DNA from: Phoronis australis
Lineage: Eukaryota; Animalia; Phoronida
DNA: 64,000 bases
NCBI GenBank assembly: GCA_002633005.1
Contig: NMRA01000035.1
Location: 600,863-664,862, forward strand
Reading direction: 5' to 3'
The position numbers and the translations under genes were made by a program. Positions 1 through 13,683 of the stretch are shown here, piece after piece; the stretch's first letter is position 1; the number at the start of each line of letters is the position of its first letter. Below the pieces are notes generated by a model. The model was not told the origin of the DNA. It worked only from the letters and a program-made list of their open reading frames with translations, and did not search any database.

Positions 1-1885
1 CTTGCACTTGCACGGATAATAACAACTCGAGATGGTGTGTACATGATTAAAGTCTCGTCAAGTGCGTTATTTGTTGGTGTTTCAGTTTCCTGTTATTATT
101 ATCACCAATCCAAGTATATTTTGCATCCTAGACCCGACTAACAGATTTCATATTGTTTAGACACAGCGCCCACTAAAAGTGCCGAAGGTGGCTACTTAAT
201 TACACCCAAACTGTTTTACGAACCATTTTTATAACGAGGTTCGTGTTTACAGTTGTCTGAGTACTGATTAGGCTAATTGCCACGGTGTAATGTGACCGCC
301 GAGGTCGAGGGTCAGAATACGACTTTGAATGCATTCTAAACAAAGCCACGTGGAATTATTTATGTCATTCAAATAATGATTTACAAAAAATCGACGTTAA
401 GACACTTTAGGTCAGCTTGTAGATGGTCAGTTCAAGCCATAGGTGACTGAAGACAACGTTTTAATATTATTCCACTAAGTTGTATTAATATTTTCTATTC
501 ACTGTGAACTAATTTCCGGCCATCAACAGCTTCTCGTAATTCTTACACTGTATTATTTTAGAGCCGTTGTAAACACTTTGTTTGCGTTTTGTAAAAAAAA
601 TAATTAAAGCGCAGCACTCTTATCGTTCTGTTCTAAATATCTCGTCACACTGAACTGCCAAATTGAAGCCTTGAAGTGTAATCAAGACACCAAGAATGCA
701 AAACGACAGTCTTTTTTCTTTTACTATCACACTTTTGTCAAAAGTTACCACACTGAATTTTATCTTCAGGAACAAATTTTTACCTTATACTTCAAAGGGG
801 ACACGCTCTCCGTGGGCCAAAATTTATGTCATTGTAATCATGTTCCCAGTGTATTTATGCGATCTAAACGTGCTTCAAAACACTAGCATTGAGCGCCACT
901 ACGCCGTGAGCAATATTTTTTTCATAGTTGATGAAGCATGCGTTACACAAGGAAGACTTTTATCTTCCTGTTTACAGCAATAAAACTAAAATAGAATCCT
1001 GCAATTTCAAGGGACGTTGTCGGCTTTACGCCGGCCGAAAAACGCATTTTTATTATTGTTTGAAGAATACTAGACGTCTTGCAGTTATTAGTTTTGACCA
1101 GTGGCTGTAATATAATCTTTTTACTCGAAACTGAACTCGGTATTATTTTTAACATTTTTCGTTCTACTTTGGTATGAATACAAGATAAGTGCATATTATT
1201 CTGAGCATGGTTTACATGGATGACTTGCATGTAATCCTATTTTGCATTTGATAACCCCCGTATTGAAGTCGAGTCTGGAATTTCGAGTGTTTACTGGAGT
1301 TTGCACCTCGAATCTAGGGGTTATCAAATGCGAATTTGAATGCAGGGTAGTTTTCTTAGTCCATCATGATGATAGACTCAAACGGAGAATAATAAATAAT
1401 TATCCAAAGTTGCTAACGAAGGAGAATTGTAATAAATTTTCAAGTTCCATTCAGTTTCGAATAAAAAATTAGACCCCGGGCCTGAGCTGTAAAGCAACAA
1501 AGACGCTATTATAATTATTATTATTATTGTTATCTTAGTACAAATCGCCAATTCTTGCCTTTGTCTATTATACAACCACTGAAATCGAGACTGGCTACTA
1601 CTGCTTAAATCACAATGTTATAATTATGGAATGGAGTCGAGCTCTGCCAGCAGCCGGAGCGTTTGGTAGTGACTGTGATTGCAGGTTCGATTCCACGCTG
1701 AGGCTATCTCAGCAAATCACGTTACTCGACGATAATATCCCTTTGAAAAGTATGAAAAAATCTGCTATCAAAATATTATGCTTTTTTGAGTGGATGTTGC
1801 GCTCATAGCGATTTCTTGGCAGTGTATGTTATCAATTAAGTTTATAAAATGAAACAATTTATTAACAAATCCTTAAACTACACCC

Positions 1886-2147
1886 CAGGTCTGTTTCATG
1901 AAATCGATTTAAGACAAAAGTTTGGCGGTTACGCTCCCACCTTGCTGTTGCGGAAGAAAAGCTTAGACAAGTAAGTATAAGTGGATCACAGTCTAGAAAT
2001 AATTTACAGAAATTATCTCAGTAATAGCAGAGGATGTTCTCAGAGGCTGGACTTCTGCTCAAGTGAGATTTAGACATTTATCTAAAATAGTCATGTGGAT
2101 CGTGAGACCAAGTTTCTGACTTGAGCCACTTTTCATAAACGGGCCTG
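1886..2147. mobile_element. Harbinger-like MITE (CWG-flanked)
   Basis: Imperfect TIRs caggtctgtttcatgaaa / tttcataaacgggcctg. Confidence 0.55.
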
Positions 2148-3060
2148 CATTCCATTGTTGCGTGACTTCATTTTATATATTGAAAAACTGAACTAGCTCA
2201 CTGTCGCGTGACATATGAGTATTTGCCAGTTTGTGTTCCTTATCGCTCTGTCGTCATTGCGTTCACGATGGCTTCGCTGTGTAGCAAAGGGTCTAAAATA
2301 AAAAAATCTTCATGAAACTTTGGAAAACGAGCGTTACTTAACTTAATTTAATAAGTGACTGACACCAAATTTCGTCTACGATTGCGGTTTGGCCGGGGTG
2401 AAGATTAAAGTTGCATTCTATTCTCATAAATCGCATGCAATTTCCATTGTAAAGCACACATAGATTTGACAAGCTGCACGAAGCATGTGTTACACAGTGT
2501 CAAGCACCGCAACTTTAAAAGCAATTTAGAACCGAATTAGAGAAAAAGAAAAAGGCAGTTTACGAGAAACGAATCGTTGCGTCGAGGTACGCTGTCCTCG
2601 AGAATGCCCGTGTGGAACGCGAGAAAGGAAGGTTGTCTACCCTTCGCATCAGACACGACCAAAAACACGGCAGGCTTGTCGCTTTTGGTATTAAAGCTGC
2701 AATTCGCCCATCTTAACTGTCAATGTTGAATTCTAAATCGAAGCAGATTAGGGTTTAAAATCAATACCACGTTCATCCGATCTCAGGCAGTGCGAACATG
2801 ATGCGCCGTTTTAGTTTTACTGTCGGCCAACTCAAATAAACTCAACTGAAGTGTTTTCTTGAATCGCAGATGATTTCAGTGTTCTTGTTGGTAACTAAAA
2901 TTGAATCCTGTAGTAACGAATGTCACTAATGAGGTCGTTTTTATGAGAATAAATCCCTTGATCAAATTTTGTTTTTAGCCAGCTCAACAGCGGGGCGAAA
3001 TGCAGCATTGAGCGATAAATTCTGGTTGTGTCCCGTACAACATACTTGGTACATTGCTTT

Positions 3061-3180
3061 CAGTGGCGAAATTAGAGGGGGGTCAAGGCGGCCATGTCCC
3101 CCCCAAAACTCTCTGACGGGCAAAATCCTGGCTAATACTATGCCTTGCCCCCCTAACTAAAAATCCTGGATACGTCCCTG
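3061..3180 (+). mobile_element. MITE family A (CAGTGGCG...CCCTG termini), 5-bp TSD gcttt
   Basis: It shares its internal sequence (ctgacg..caaaatcctggctaatact..ccccctaact.aaaatcctgg) with the copies at 27149 and 33959. gcttt flanks both ends. Confidence 0.8.
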
Positions 3181-4342
3181 GCTTTCAGTTCAAATTCGTT
3201 GAATTCGGCATGCGCAAAGTTCAAAACTCTTGAAATTTTAGTAATGTACGTAGCAAATAGAATAAATATTGTTTTTGAGAGACTATATAGGATACGTCGA
3301 ACATGAAGATGTCGACCTTTCAGTTGTGGATTCAATATGTGGTCAAACTACTGTTTCATGAAAATGGATAGGTTACTATAGGCTAATTCCTTCACGTACA
3401 TATACTAGTGCATTATTTGACCATAGTAATAGACTGGAGCATCGATAACTCAATGCGACGACGTACAGTTGCTCGTGACGAGTTCTTATAGTAGGCTATT
3501 ACAGATTTGGTTTATAACGAGTCCGTGTTGATGTTTTTAGAGTGGGTGTTGCAAAATGCGTCACATCTTGCACTAGAAGAAACATGAACCATTGGCCCGC
3601 TTCTCATGCGCGTTGTGCATGGTTACAAACTGATACTAAAACACAAAGATCAAGCCAACACAGCAAAAGGTGAAAAACTTGCCATTCATATTTATTTTGT
3701 ATAAACCACCAATGAAATCTCGCAATAGAGCGCAGTTACAGATACTGACGATGTAATTTATTTGAAACGCAATCACTGTTCTTTCACCAAACACATGGCA
3801 ACAGTTCGTCACAAGTCATCATGAGTAATGATGAGGCCAAAATGTGCACTAAAGTGCGCTTTGTCGCAATATTTTGCCACACTATGCTCTTAACGAGTCC
3901 GTTATGGTCGTAACGAATCTCAACCCGCAGTGTACAGACCCCTCATATCGTGAAAATAGAAGTACATGTATCAATGAGCAGGTTTACGTATAATTCATCA
4001 CGTTTCGTACTGACGAAAACGCAGGAGTTATAATTGAGACAACAAAAGACCTATCGCACATCTCATCAATCTGTCGAATGTTAAACGTATTACGCAAGAA
4101 TCTTGATTAAACCACATTGTAAACATGATTAACAATTCCGCGCAGGCTAATGAATCATGGCAGCGTCATACGGTTGGAACTAATACACATTTAAATGTGT
4201 TAAAATGTTCACGTTTTTTCCATGACTGGGAATTCATGGTAATAAACAAAACATTTGAGTGGGCATACCATCGTTCTCGGATTCACAGTCTCATTGTTCT
4301 GCTTGAACTACATCTCCATAGCTTTAAATAGTGATGAATATG

Positions 4343-5413
4343 CTACGGCAGCCTGGAACAAGCGTCAAGCTGAAAGCTGGTGGCATTGAGGTCCAGTACC
4401 TCGCTTTTGGTAGATTCCAGGTTGATAGACAAGCTGGAAATGTTGGGGGTACTTTGTTGTTGTATGCCTGGTTTCCGACAACAGCAGAGAATCTGTCGCA
4501 GGTCAGAACGGAACTCAGTCCCACTGAGGAAGTAAAGAAAAAAATTGCCAGAATGGTTCACGTATGTCAGCAGTGAAACAAACGTAAACTGCCATTTGGG
4601 GACCGGCTCTATTCTGGTCAGTGTCAATGACACATTCCATACAAACAATCCACAGTACGACAAGGTAGTGATCAGAAAAAATGAAGACATGAGAAGTAAA
4701 TAAACTGTTACTGATTTTTGAATATTCTGGGTTGCACGTCCCCTGACCGAGTGTCTTTCCCTGATATTCACAGTATTGGCGGATCTGCGTATTTGCACGA
4801 CGATGATTAAATTAGTGACAAGAAGAAACAGGGACGGCAACACGGCGTACAATATGAGACGAAAGTAGCCGTCGAACTGAAGGAAGGTGGTGAAGCGTGC
4901 GTCATAAATGAGCCAGTGACAAATGGCGTTGGAAGCTGACGTAACAGTCCAAAAGATGGAGACATTAATTCCTGACAGAACTATGACAATGACGCAGACT
5001 GTTATTCGCGCGCGCTTTTCGGTGCACCAAGAGGCTGCCTTCAGAGGAGTAGTCAGCGACAAGCATCGGTCGAAAGAGAGCGCCACTAACACCCATGCAG
5101 AAATGGACTGCGAGCTTCGATACATCCATGAGAATATCTTGCACGTAATATTGGCTACTGACTGATCAATTTTTTCTTCCATAAAGTAGCTAACCGTCGA
5201 GATCATGACGAAGAGGTCGGCTGAAGAAAGTGACAGAAAGTAAACGAATGGAGCTCCTCCAGTACGTCTTTTGTCCACGAAAACGACAATTGCAAGAGAG
5301 TTGCCAACAAAACCAACTATAAAAAGTACGACTCGGATATTTTCGGCTGCAATGTCCAATGCGCTCGCACTGAAATCGGCTATGGTTTTAGCGGAATCGT
5401 TGCGAAGAGACAT
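4343..5413 (-). CDS. Intronless rhodopsin-like (class A) GPCR, FMRFamide/peptide-receptor-like orphan, 356 aa
   Basis: The ORF has 7 hydrophobic segments with GN (TM1), LSxAD (TM2), SFDRC (DRY variant), P in TM5 and NHSGNFFLY in TM7, followed by helix 8 FR and a CCC palmitoylation cluster. The first ATG (MSLRNDS, N-glycosylation sequon) is at 5413; the ORF-track start at 5446 is not ATG. Confidence 0.92.
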   Translation of the reverse strand: MSLRNDSAKTIADFSASALDIAAENIRVVLFIVGFVGNSLAIVVFVDKRRTGGAPFVYFLSLSSADLFVMISTVSYFMEEKIDQSVANITCKIFSWMYRSSQSISAWVLVALSFDRCLSLTTPLKAASWCTEKRARITVCVIVIVLSGINVSIFWTVTSASNAICHWLIYDARFTTFLQFDGYFRLILYAVLPSLFLLVTNLIIVVQIRRSANTVNIRERHSVRGRATQNIQKSVTVYLLLMSSFFLITTLSYCGLFVWNVSLTLTRIEPVPKWQFTFVSLLTYVNHSGNFFLYFLSGTEFRSDLRQILCCCRKPGIQQQSTPNISSLSINLESTKSEVLDLNATSFQLDACSRLP

Positions 5414-6209
5414 GTTTACTAAACACAACTTCTGACACGAAAGCAAAGATATTATACACCAGTATACAGTATCTTTGGCGAAAGTAGGCAGTGCGTTTAA
5501 CTCGACTTGTAAGACTTCATGTTATGTACTTGCAAGTCGATTGACAGGTGGCAATCACGGCAGCGACCAATGGGAACTAGCTAGTTCCAAGAAGGGATGG
5601 AAGAAGAGAGTTAGTAGAAAGAGCCATATGAACGCGCCACGTGAGCACACAATGACGAAAAAAACCCGATTGCGAAAAGTCCGCCGGAAGAGCTAGACTC
5701 TATTTTTCTACTGAACACAGCATTTCCTGTTCAAGCGGTACATGCGCGCTCCGTCCAGGAAGCGAACTTTTGGTATAGACCTCTTGCCGCAAAAAAAATT
5801 GGTCTCAACCTTATTCTTACTCATACGAGAAATGATTTCTGGATTTGAAAAAAATGACAGGCCGTTTTCTTCCATGAGAACGTGCTCTGTGTATAAAATG
5901 ACACGCCGTGACAAGACAATTTTTAGAGCCTCGTCTCAAGCTCCCGCAAACTGTCAATTGTTTCGAAGACCTGAAATCATCCCCAGATTGACTAATTATT
6001 AAAACTTTTACTATAACTTTTGATTCAGAACAGTTATAAGTTTTCTCAAAAATCAAAAGTTGATTTCACGATGGAACGTGGGCCTATAGTTTGTCACCGG
6101 CGACGAATTCGAACGTGTTGGTGAATTGCTAACACTTGTAGATGTAGTCGCGAAAACGCCTCGAAATATACGCGCGTTCTTTAAAAATAGAACGTGAAAC
6201 AGTAAAAAA

Positions 6210-6459
6210 CAGGGGACTGTTCAAACAATTACAAACTGACTTAAGTTCATTTTTGACTTAAGTTTAAGATTTGTCTTAACTTCCAAACTTTGAAACTTCC
6301 ACATTAGGTGGGTTAGTTAAAATTAAGACAAAACCTAAGTCAAACACTTAAGTCAAACTTAAGACCTTTTTCTTGAATGGGTTATAAGTCAAAGTTAACT
6401 TTTATTTTAAAATTTAAGATTTGTCTTAGCTAATTCAGTTTTGTTGGAAAGAGCCCCAG
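6210..6459. mobile_element. Harbinger-like MITE (CWG-flanked) with internal direct and inverted taagacaaa motifs
   Basis: Imperfect TIRs caggggactgttc..aaactga / tcagttttgttggaaagagccccag, with repeated aagatttgtctta. Confidence 0.55.
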
Positions 6460-8314
6460 GCCAATTTCATAATATCTTTACAAATGTGACTTTGTATTTT
6501 TCTATACTCCGTCTAATTCGTATACTCTCTAGACTCAACTTGTTTTAACGCACAGAGTACTGTAGAAAAATGACAACACTGCACGAGTGCAGAAGCAAGT
6601 GAAAATAAAAAAGGAATATGACTTTATTATTATCATTTAGATAATGTAAGTCTTGAAGTTAACTAGCAACAAGGATTTTTTCGTTGATTCAAAATAAGAA
6701 CGACTCGAATCTTGTTCATGTCAATGTTCATTGGGCTTCTGCAGTGGTTGTATTTAGTAAACAGACACTTCCGGTTGACGGTTGGATCCGGTCCCTACGT
6801 CTGGTCGTCGTTCAGTCTAAAGTTTGGCCACCTTGCACAATACCTGAATGCCACGAAAAACGTTTCGTGTCCTCAGTATAACTCCATTCTTTCGAAAACG
6901 AAGAGTTGTTTGTGCGCCTAGCCTTGGCCGTTAACGACTTTCTTCATAGCGCATATTGCCTTCAAGGCCGCGGTTCTTGTCATTAGCTGAAATCCCGCCT
7001 ACGTGAGGATCTTACTGCCGTGACAACGACTGAAACTAATCTCGCTGTGACAAGCAACCCAATTAAGGATCGACCTGCCAATTCTTATCTATATCCTCAA
7101 GAAAGGAAGCATTAAATAACTGAAAAACAAAAAAAAACGCTCGTAATAATTTTGTCGGATGTTGAGCGGAGCCAACTAAACCAGCATCGTGGGCAGGTAA
7201 TGTGCTGCGCAGGGTTGGCTGCACGTTCGCAAGCAGCGTCCGCAAGACGAGAAAAACGAATGCGGCAACCATGCAGGAGAACAGTGCTCCTGAGAGACGA
7301 TCAGTTTCAAGTTTGGGCGCGTGAAACTAGTCCCAGACACTTACGTATAGGTAACGAAGTCTGGGTACCATGACATCTCTTCTAGTTCTGTTTCAGGTTT
7401 AAAAATTAAACCCTTAGAATACTCCCGCGTAGAAGAAACTTACGATGTGAGGTGCCGCACCATGACTGCATGGCTCAGTGCAGAAGTTCACCGACGACGC
7501 CGGTACCGGCCATGCAGTTCCCCACGAAAGGGACCTTTTCTGCCAAAATTCTCTACGAAAAGGTGACTTTTCTGGCGATTTCCTATGAAAATTTTCATTA
7601 GTCACTTTGAGAGTGAAAATTCCACAAACTGTCCCATTTTCCCACCGACCCGGCACTGTCAATTGCCGGAGATGGCGGCCGAAAAGTAATTTTTTATATT
7701 AACTGTCACAACTTTTGTTACAAAAGGCTGTACTGATCTTTGACAACATGCTATCTCTTCTTCAACTGTTGACTAATTGGTTAAATTCCCTGGGAGGTTG
7801 GGATCACCATAACGCCGGTTGAGTTCACACGGACTACCGGGCTGACCCCGACACCAGTGGAGTTCATGTGGCACGGTGAATCGCTCATATCTTAATTTTC
7901 CAGGTCTACCCCCCGGGATCGTTAAACACCAAGTGTTCACAAAAAGGTTCGCCGAGCACGACACCCCGGGAAGTCGTCTGCTAGCTGGAACAAAACTCTA
8001 CGAAAAGGCGATTTTTCAGAGAACCATGCACCCCATTAATATTTTTTTTCAACTCTCTTAATTGGTAGCTATTCTGACAAGTAATTTTACCAGCTCAATG
8101 CACCCCCTTCTCCAGTTATGTAGAAGCGAAGCCCCGCGGCTGACTAGAAGTAACAAGTCAACTTGAGGACGTTATTATTCGGCTCCACTCTAGTGGTGAT
8201 AGTGAGAACTAAATACAAATATGTCATCTGAGTCACCGTCCCCATTGCGAGCCTCTACCAAACAGTCACACAGGTATCAAGTCGTGTGTGACCTGGTTTT
8301 TGAAAACCGCCAGT

Positions 8315-11300
8315 ATGAAGGCTTACATCGCCGGCGCGTTCTTCACCATAGCCCTTGTTTTGTGCTTGCAAACAGGTAATTGAAATTTGTTGAATTAGAT
8401 TATTATGCATGTTCTGCGAAAAAACTTCTGTCATTATCACACCTAGCCACACCTTTATTCTTAGCCTACTCGGACGTTTCCCTGTGAAAATGTTATGAGC
8501 GCCATTTTGAAATGAGTCTTACCTGACCTAGTTTGAACTAAAGACCCCGGCACACTGAACTGGAAGGTGGATTTTTTTTTGGGAAATCTGATCCCTCTTT
8601 ACCAAGAATTGGTCCAAGTTTGTATTAATAGATAAACATGAATTAAACTGTATCAACCTTTATCAAAACTTCGCTTTCAGCCCAAACACTTCCTGTGTAT
8701 TCTCAGGTTTGAGTGCTTACTCAAAATCAATAACAGTTTTACTGCAAATGCGTGAAATTACAATTATACCCATTGACTGCATCGTTTGTGCGGGAAGGGT
8801 GTTGTGATGTATCTAAAATTGCCACCGAAACACTGACCTGAGAACAGATCAATCGGGGAGAATTGAACATCAGATTGATTAACTGCACGTCGTAGGCCTA
8901 CAAATCCACGAATGGAAGTAACAGGCTTTTTCTTTTGAAATCTGTTACCGAGGAAGTAAATCCGAGCAATTAGGAGTTATGGCCCTGTGGTACGCAACAA
9001 TATTTTTGATGGAGTTTGCCTCCGGAAAACTATAGATTTACCACCATTTTAGGGAGTCGTCCTTTTAGAGAGATAGTTAGGTGAAAGGGACTAGTTTGAT
9101 GGAATGGAAATACCACCTCTTCCTGCAAGTTATTTCTCATTACATAATTTTAAACACAGGACAGAAGAGATTAATTTTTGTTTTGGTTTGAAACACAACA
9201 AAGTGCTTATTCGTTAGCTTAATGTTGGAAATATGAAACTTTCCTGTTTCAAAATGGTCGCTTTTTAAGAGATTCTCCTAAACCGTAAAGGAAACCTTTT
9301 TATACTGAATTTAACTGGAAAAGAAAGAATAGTGGTACTCTGGTTCTGAAAACTGCATTCCATATCATGCAGCTAACGCAATTGTGGTTGGGTCGAGCAA
9401 ATTTCCATTTGGAATTTTATTGCTTATTTATAGTTTATTTATGACTGTAACTTGACATATGTTCAAGCATTGGAAGGAAAGCTGCCATTTTTTTGGAAAT
9501 ACAGGTTCCTTGTTATCTAAGAGAGACATTTCCTGTGTTAATTGCTGTTGCATTGTCCTGTGCCCATCCAAGCAACAATAAAAAATAATTGACCCAGTAA
9601 AAGGCATGCGTCTTATCTCTGCTTTCACATCCATTCAACAAACATGAATGATCGACACACTTTGTGTTCAATAGTGATCTGAACATTGTGTTTGTTCAAA
9701 GGCAATCCAAGATGCGATACTTTCTTTGGACCCGTTTACAGCACTTTCTATAGTTGCTTGGATATTAAAGCTAGACACCAGGGCAACAGGTGAAAGCACA
9801 AAAAGTGTCCTCCAAAATGAGTCTGTATTTTTAGTAATGGGTGCATGATTCAGAAACTGTAGGTAACCATAAGATGTCATTTTGTCTATATTTCCACAGG
9901 TGGCGCTATCAAGTGTTACAGTTGTAACTCCTTCTATGATCCTGGCTGCGCAGACTGGTTTGATAATCAGACCTATCCCTTAGTTCAGTGTACACAAAAT
10001 GCTACTATGTGCAGAAAAACAGTACAAGAATGTAAGTGATTGTCTTCGGATTTGAACTGTAGAGCACCTGCCAACTGAGCTCCATCTCAAATTTAAAGCA
10101 GCTGTACACCGACTAGCTTAACTCCACCTAGTGTTCAAATATGAAACCTATTGGTTTCCTATCACCTGTCAGCCATGTTGCTTTTTGCTCATAAAAGGAC
10201 AACATAGTAATTTCAGTCCAGTCTTGAGCAAAATCAGTTTGTCATTTGTTTCCAAGCAATGAAATCGATCTGTGATATTGGTTCAAATTGAAATCAATTT
10301 TGAAAGCTGCCAATTGTTTACTCATAAATTACTGATTAGTGATGTTTCTTTTTGTCAAATTTCTCAGCAAAATGGGTTTTAAGATGAATTGTCTCCATTA
10401 GCGATAGGTAGCTCAAAAGAGATGCTGCCATCCTACAATGTTTTGGGTACATTGTTACTGAAGCCTTTATGAAATGAAGAAAGACATATTTTGTCTAAAA
10501 TTGGCGAATATGTAGCAAGGAAGAAAGTTTAAAAAATTGGAAAATGACATTTTCGCCAATTATTTTTTACAGAGTTGACAGTAAAATCAATTTTCAGTTG
10601 TCGAAGGACCGACTGAGTTGAAGAGAATCACTGTTGTGGGAGAGTGTGTTTGAAACCACTTCAAACAACATTTTAATCTGAAATATGAGATTTTTTTGTG
10701 CCATTTACAGTAAAAACAATTCTACGAATTCTGAGCTGACTTCACATTTTAGATCAACATTCCACATTTTCCATCAATTTTTGCCTGTGCTGCTTCAGTT
10801 GATATGGCTATAAACCTGTTATCTTTGTATTGTACTCAATGTCATTAAGATTGTAGAGTAGGTTCAGATAAATTTGACAAGCATTTTATTTCCCTTTGTG
10901 AAGGAGTTGAAGTTCCTCCGAACACCATTCACCCTTTTATGAGCACTATTTTGCATATCACCAAAGTTACAGTAAAATTTTGTTAATTCCGGACAACTAC
11001 TTTCAAATTTTGTCTTCATTTTTCAAAGGCTTCTGATATTGTTGTGAATGTCCACAATTTCGCAAAGCATTATTTGATGATAGCCTTGAACTAGAACTTT
11101 AATATGGTAAATCATTTGTTTGGTGTTACTTACATGTTGTGAAAAAAATAAAACTTAAGTTTCTAAAAATGTTGAATTGGAAGGCAATTTTTTCGCTTCA
11201 CCACAGACCAGGGCAGCATGACATAAAAGTTTTGATTGTTGATAGTTGTGCTTATTTTTGATTGCTGATTATTAAAAAAGGTAATTGCAGGTGTTCTGGT

Positions 11301-11814
11301 ACACGTTGTACCATGCTACTCAGGTGAGCCATTGCACTGATCACCCGGAATCATTTTATGTTTAATTAATATCAATTAAAACCGAGCTGAAGAGCTAGAT
11401 GCGTGACTCGAGGCTCTAGCAATGTGTCCCAGTGTTATTGAACCCACGACCTCGAGTAATGGAAGTGGATATTTATCCCACAAGGCCACACTGCTCCCTG
11501 CTGGTTACTGACAAGTGCATCATATTGAGATGAATGTTTGATAAAATGCCTAATAACCGTGATTTCTTTTTCAAGCTTTTGCACACGATAAATGGACCGT
11601 TCGTGTTATTCGTCAGTGTGCTTGGGAGGGCAAGGTGGGAGGTGATGATGGCCGACGGTGTGTGGAAGAAAAGGGAATCTACAGGGTGAAAATAAAAAAC
11701 TGTCAGTGCGATGCACAAGATGGCTGCAACGGATCTACGAAAATAGCTTTCACCGTCACCACTCCAATTGCAACAATATTTTTGATACTCGGTTTAATTG
11801 CTAAGGTGTTATGA
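8315..11814 (+). CDS. Ly6/uPAR three-finger protein 1 (crooked/quiver-like), secreted and GPI-anchored, 143 aa; join(8315..8375,9900..10031,11576..11814)
   Basis: Not in the ORF track. Exon 1 encodes signal peptide MKAYIAGAFFTIALVLCLQT. Exon 2 encodes GAIKCYSCNSFYDPGCADWF...MCRKTVQE. Exon 3 encodes ...VRVIRQCAW...NCQCDAQDGCNGS plus a hydrophobic tail. There are 10 Cys with a terminal CN motif. Both introns are GT-AG phase 1, and the 432 nt are in frame. Confidence 0.9.
11400..11490 (-). mobile_element. Degenerate tRNA-derived SINE head (similar fragments at ~1655-1720, ~17570-17595, ~48575-48630)
   Basis: The minus strand reads tgtggccttgtggg (A-box-like)...gaggtcgtgggttcaa (B-box-like). The 1681 and 48591 fragments share gcaggtt.gattcc.cgct.aggct. 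Confidence 0.4.
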
Positions 11815-13627
11815 TTTCAAGACATGATGAAAATGAAGGTGATGTATAGTTTATATTGTTTGAAACTTACATATTCTCGCTAGCATTGTTATGAGTAGTG
11901 CCATTTTGTAAAGTTTCAATGTACAACTTTGGTGTAGGGTTTTTTATTCTTGTTTATTCACTGAGAGTTCGAAATTCGTGATGCATTAGGCTGTACATAA
12001 ATTGTAGGATTTTAATTATTGCTTGGGCTCCGAGTGGATTTATCGATTTTGGATGAAAATAATTAATAGAATTTGCCCGTTTACTTTTTAAAGTCTTTAA
12101 AGGGTGTGGGTGGTCATGATTTTTCAAAATATTTCTCTACAGTGGAACAGAACTTGAAAATGGGTGCTACTTACTATTGTACATATGAAAAAGTGACAAA
12201 ATAAAACATCTGTCCACATATTGCTTCCTCAAAACTGGTTAGATTTCAATGTAAATGGCTTGTGTTTATATTTTGATCTCGAAGTTGTTATATTACTCAC
12301 TAAAAATTTTGAAAAATGAAAACCATTGTTAAAATTCTGATTTCTGATCTGAATTTAAGGAACTGAAGGTGAATTTCAAACCAGTTTAATTGAGAGGTAC
12401 CTTTCTAGATTCAAATGATGAGAGCTAGATCTTTGTTGGACAGTTTTATGTTAGAATCGACAAAACTAAAAGTGGACCGATCCTAGGTACATGTATCAAT
12501 CACGATTATGTTTTTTACCTAGTTAAACATTTTTGCAATTTTTGTAGTACTACCATTTACTGTAGTGATAAAGTACTACACTTTTTGTTCCACTTTGTTG
12601 TCATGACAACCCATTTCCCATTTATTACGTTCTTGCAGGTAAAACTGAACATTGGTCATTATTGTAACTTAAGGTTTTGTAGGACCGTATGGAGAAGTGC
12701 ATTTAGCCAAATATCTGAAAAACTATAGAAGTTATCTCTGTAAAGGTACATGTAAATACCTGTAGACTTTGATTTTTAACTTGAGAACAATTTATCATTA
12801 ACTGGGTGACGTGGCGGTGTCTTTATTAAAATTGAGCAAAAAAAAGAAAGATACATTCGTAGCAAAACAATGGCTTGAACAGCATGAAAAATTTGGATTT
12901 GTTATGAATGTTTAAGTTAAAATCTTAAAAATTCTGTTGCACTTTTCTAAATTCTAATTTTGTTTCATGCATATTTTGATTTTTTCGTGAAAATTGTAAA
13001 AATCCTAATTTTGATAGCCCATCATGGACAAGTGGAACTTTTCTAAAAGAATTCCTTAGAGCCTGTTGGAAATCGTAGTATGTGAAAGTTTCATCTAAAT
13101 CCGGTCAGCCATTTCTGAGATATGATGTGCTGAAGTTAGCCAAATTTGAACGTTTTTCTGGGGTCCTACACAACCTTAAAAAACCTGGGGAGCAACAGTC
13201 TCTCTATCCATTCTCATCAGGGAAAACTTGGTGTACTCAACTTGTTGGCACAAATCCAAACTCCAATTAATTTGAAATCCATGTCATTAGAACACTTGTA
13301 AGTGACAGAATTGATATGCATCTTTGTCACCTAACTATGGATTGTGGTGCTTTTGTTCAGAAATTGCTATGGCATGAGTAAACAAAAGTTGAAGTTTATG
13401 TTGAATCATTGATTGTCACATTCCGCTTAAGATGGTATCATTGTGTTGTCTGGGAACAGTATTTTTTCTGGTTTCACTGTATTTTTGTACATGAGCATTC
13501 CACCAAATTGTAACATATCAAGTTTTTAATTTGTACATAGTTTGTATAGTCTATTAGTGTACAGTAAACAATGATCATGTTGATGTGTGTACACAAAGTG
13601 CAGTAATGGTTGGATATAACCTGCAGC

Positions 13628-13683
13628 ATTTTGAGAACCAGTTTTCTCCACTGAATAAAGGGCATCAAACTGGTTCTCAAAAC
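13628..13683. repeat. Small hairpin dispersed repeat; inverted copy at ~25616-25670
   Basis: ttttgagaaccagttt..ctccactgaataa.ggg.atcaaactggttctcaaaa, with its reverse complement present at 25.6 kb. Confidence 0.7.

Noticed and set aside
4331-5165. Plus-strand ORFs overlapping the GPCR
   Set aside because: Antisense shadows of the real CDS with no recognisable motifs.
9894-9908. CTCF-like ccacaggtggcgcta
   Set aside because: It coincides with the Ly6-1 splice acceptor and coding sequence, which already explain it.
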